This document shows, piece by piece, positions 61,252 to 64,000 of a DNA stretch of 64,000 bases. The position numbers and the translations under genes are program-made. The DNA is from Alphaproteobacteria bacterium (GTDB lineage Bacteria; Pseudomonadota; Alphaproteobacteria; JAAXGF01): the NCBI GenBank assembly GCA_963555825.3, contig CAUVXB020000002.1, positions 3,104,001 to 3,168,000 on the forward strand. The letters run 5' to 3'. How positions within the stretch are numbered: the stretch's first letter is position 1; every line of letters starts with the position of its first letter. The notes below the pieces were generated by a model, which saw only the letters and a program-made list of their open reading frames with translations, had not been told where the DNA came from and did not search any database.

Positions 61252-61798
61252 CGGGCGCGATGGCGCCGAGCGTGTCTGCCTTGCGCAGCAAGCGGGCGCC
61301 GCCCGCCGTCGCCATGTGGAGGATCCGTTCCGGCGTCGGCGCCGGCCCGTCGAAGCGCGGCGTGCGGTGCAGGCGCATGGCGAGGCGCATCTCGTCGAAA
61401 TAGTCCTCGTCGTCGTTGATCGTCGTGCCGTCCATGCCCAGCGCCACCGTCGCGCCGCGCGCGAGCAGCGCGTTGAGCGGCGCGATGCCGGCGCGCAGCC
61501 GCAAGTTCGAGCTCGGGTTGTGCGAGACCGCCGCGCCGGTCTCGGCGAGCAGATCGATCTCCGGCTCGGTCAACCAGACGCCGTGTGCGATCGAGAAGCG
61601 CGGGCTGAGCACGCCCAGATCGTGCAGGTGATGGAGCGTCGGCTTGCCGTAGTAGCGCGGCCCATGAAGCATCTCGTAGAGCGATTCGGTGACGTGGGTC
61701 TGCACACCGACGTCATACGCCTCGGCTTGGGCGGCGATACGCTGCATGAAGGCGTCCGAGACCCATTGCGGGCCGGGCGGCGCGAACCAGACGTCGAT
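61252..61798. repeat. 547-bp direct repeat, copy 2
   Basis: Matches 58135-58681. Confidence 0.92.
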
Positions 61799-62449
61799 GC
61801 GGTCATGCGCGTGGTAGGCTTGCCACAGGTCGTCGATGACGCCGAAATAGTCGTCCTCGTCGATGTACTCGGCCGGCGGGATGCGGCGCGCGGCGAAGCC
61901 CCGGACGTCGTCGGGCAGGCTGGCGAGGAATGTCTCGTCCTCGCCGGCGCCCGAGACCAGGAAACACTGTGTCGTAAAGCCGGCCGCGAAGGCGACCCGG
62001 ATGCCGGCGGTGTCGTAAGCCTGGAGTGCTTGGCGCGCGTTCGCGGCGTAGGATTCAACGGTGCCGTGGTCGCTGTGGAAGTCGACCACGCTGGTGACCC
62101 CGGTGCAGAGCAGCCGCGCGGCGCTCAACAGGGTGTCGAGCCGCGGCTCGAGTCCGCGCTTCAGGCTGAGCGACAACAGCCAGGACTCGAGCAGCCGGTC
62201 CTGGACGCCCTGCTGGATCGCCGAGACGCCGTTCGAGTGATGGTGTGCGTTGATCATGCCGGGCATGATCGCGACGCGTTCCGAGCCGACGACCGTCGCG
62301 TCGGGGTGGTTGGCGCGCAGCGTCGCCCAATCGCCGAGCTCGGCGATCGTGCCGCCTTCGACGCGTACCGCCGCGTCGGTCAGCACCGCGTCGGCCTCGC
62401 CACCGCCCGTGACGATCCAGCGTCCACGCACCAGTTTCGTGTCGCCCAT
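61252..62449 (-). pseudogene. 5' portion of amidohydrolase (SAH/MTA deaminase, AtzA/TriA-like superfamily) truncated by IS21
   Basis: MPGMINAHHH metal motif; reading frame runs into the IS21 right end. Confidence 0.88.
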
Positions 62450-62590
62450 CGGTCGTCCCTCCCTGTGCCTGCCGTTGGTGAACGATAGGGGGCTGGCGTC
62501 GTGTCTGGCAATCCCCCGATTGGCCCGCCGAACGGGGCGCGCTATGGTGACGGCGCCACACGCGGCGTTCCTCGAAATGGCGGAGGCGGC

Positions 62591-63361
62591 ATGACTTCAA
62601 TGCAAGACACGGTTTCCATCGGCTCGGCGCGCGCCAACCGCTGGCGCGTCACCGACGATGTCGTCGACACCACGCGCCCGCCGATCGAACCGCGGCCGCT
62701 AAGCGTGGCGGCGCGGCCCAAGCGGGTGATCATCGACTTGGCACGATCGGCGTTCGTCGCGATCGACATGCAGAACGATTTCTGCGCCGAAGGCGGCTGG
62801 GTCGACCAGCAGGGTATCGACATCGCGTCGACCCGCGCGCCGATCGACCGGCTGCGCGTCTTGCTGCCGGCGTTGCGCGGCGCCACGGTGCCGATCGTCT
62901 GGGTCAATTGGGGCAACCGGCCCGACCGGCTCAACCTGAGTCCCTCGCTGCTCTACGGCTTCAACCCGTCGGGGCGCGGCGTCGGCATCGGCGACCCGTT
63001 GCCGGGCAGCGGCGCGCCGGTGCTGCAGAAGGACAGCTGGGCGGCGGCCATCGTCGACGGGCTCGAGGCTGGCCCGACCGACATCTTCGTCGACAAGTAC
63101 CGGGTCAGCGGATTCTGGGACACGCCGCTCGACAGCATCCTGCGCAACATGCAGATCACCACCCTGTTGTTCGGCGGCGTCAACCTCGACCAATGCGTCA
63201 TGTGCACGCTGCAGGACGCGTTGTTCCTGGGCTACGACTGCCTGTTAGTCGAGGATTGCGCGGGCACGACGTCACCCGATTTCTGCCGCGCGGCGACGGT
63301 CTACAATATCGGGACCGACGGCTTTATCACCGATTCGATGGCCGTCATGGCCGAGCTGTGA
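62591..63361 (+). CDS. Isochorismatase-family cysteine hydrolase (RutB/biuret hydrolase-like)
   Basis: IDMQNDF, KYRVSGF, GVNLDQCV catalytic triad motifs; RBS ggagg. Confidence 0.85.
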   Translation: MTSMQDTVSIGSARANRWRVTDDVVDTTRPPIEPRPLSVAARPKRVIIDLARSAFVAIDMQNDFCAEGGWVDQQGIDIASTRAPIDRLRVLLPALRGATVPIVWVNWGNRPDRLNLSPSLLYGFNPSGRGVGIGDPLPGSGAPVLQKDSWAAAIVDGLEAGPTDIFVDKYRVSGFWDTPLDSILRNMQITTLLFGGVNLDQCVMCTLQDALFLGYDCLLVEDCAGTTSPDFCRAATVYNIGTDGFITDSMAVMAEL

Positions 63362-63381
63362 ACCAACGGGGCGCGTGAGCC

Positions 63382-64000
63382 ATGAGCGTTGAAACATTCG
63401 AGCTGACACCGGGCCGCTTGACCATCGCGGACGTTCGCCGGCTGTCGGAGCCGGGCGCCAAGATCGTCCTCGATGCGGCCGGACGCGAGGCGGTCGAGGC
63501 CGCGCTGGCCGTCGTCGGCCGGGTGATCGACGACAACCGGCGCGTGTACGGCATCAACACGGGCATGGGCACGCTCTCGGATTCGGTCATCGCCGACGAC
63601 CAGTTGAGCGAACTGCAGCGCCGGCTGGTGCTGTCGAACGCCGCCGGCACCGGCGCGCTTCTCCCCGACCGCGTGGTGCGCCGGATCATGCTGCTCAAGA
63701 TCAATACGCTCGGTCTCGCCAACTCGGGCGTGCGCCTGGCGCTGGTCGATGCGCTGATCGGCCTGTTCAACGGCGGCGCCCAGCCGTGCATTCCGTCCAA
63801 AGGATCGGTCGGCGCATCGGGCGACCTCGCGCCGCTCGCCCATCTCGCGGTCGCGCTGATCGGCGTCGGCGAGGTGCGCATCGACGGCGCGACATTCGCC
63901 GCCGATGCCGCGCTGGCGCGCCTCGGGCTCGAGCCGCTCACGCTCGCGCCCAAGGAAGGGCTCGCCATGGTCAACGGCACGCAGGTCTCGCTCGCGCTGG
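63382..64000 (+). CDS. MIO-dependent aromatic amino acid ammonia-lyase (HutH-like), truncated by window end
   Basis: Read manually: VYGINTGMG, LQRRLVLSNAAG, GSVGASGDLAPLAH (MIO ASG), KEGLAMVNGTQ. Confidence 0.85.
   Translation, partial: MSVETFELTPGRLTIADVRRLSEPGAKIVLDAAGREAVEAALAVVGRVIDDNRRVYGINTGMGTLSDSVIADDQLSELQRRLVLSNAAGTGALLPDRVVRRIMLLKINTLGLANSGVRLALVDALIGLFNGGAQPCIPSKGSVGASGDLAPLAHLAVALIGVGEVRIDGATFAADAALARLGLEPLTLAPKEGLAMVNGTQVSLAL

Noticed and set aside
57797-62449. Two paralogous amidohydrolase genes
   Set aside because: The pieces are complementary halves of one gene sharing a 547-bp overlap that ends exactly at the IS ends.

Overview
High-GC bacterial chromosomal DNA with alphaproteobacterial (Rhodospirillales-like) gene order: xseB-ispA-tlyA at the left and leuA-mreBCD-mrdA-rodA at the right. 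Between them are metabolic genes: soeABC sulfite dehydrogenase with a TauE exporter, a MetE-like synthase, a glutamine-synthetase-like ligase, a DmdA-like and DmdC-like pair, sua5, cysQ, msrB, a class III aminotransferase, an amidase, a PhnY-like dioxygenase and an adenylate cyclase. The most notable items are: (1) a three-gene module of ECF sigma, zinc anti-sigma-TM-vWA fusion and a ~1020-aa exported, membrane-anchored protein of unknown function with five internal repeats; its first two genes carry frameshifts; (2) a GcvT-SHMT fusion preceded by a degenerate glycine-riboswitch-like leader; (3) an IS21 element flanked by a 547-bp direct duplication of an amidohydrolase gene instead of a short target duplication; (4) a probably secreted protein with three copies of an unrecognised Cys-pair repeat; (5) a 270-bp CTAG-bounded MITE and several AT-rich REP-like palindromes; (6) no dxs between ispA and tlyA; (7) several pseudogenes. 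I saw no rRNA, tRNA or CRISPR array. All protein calls come from motif recognition by eye, not database searches.
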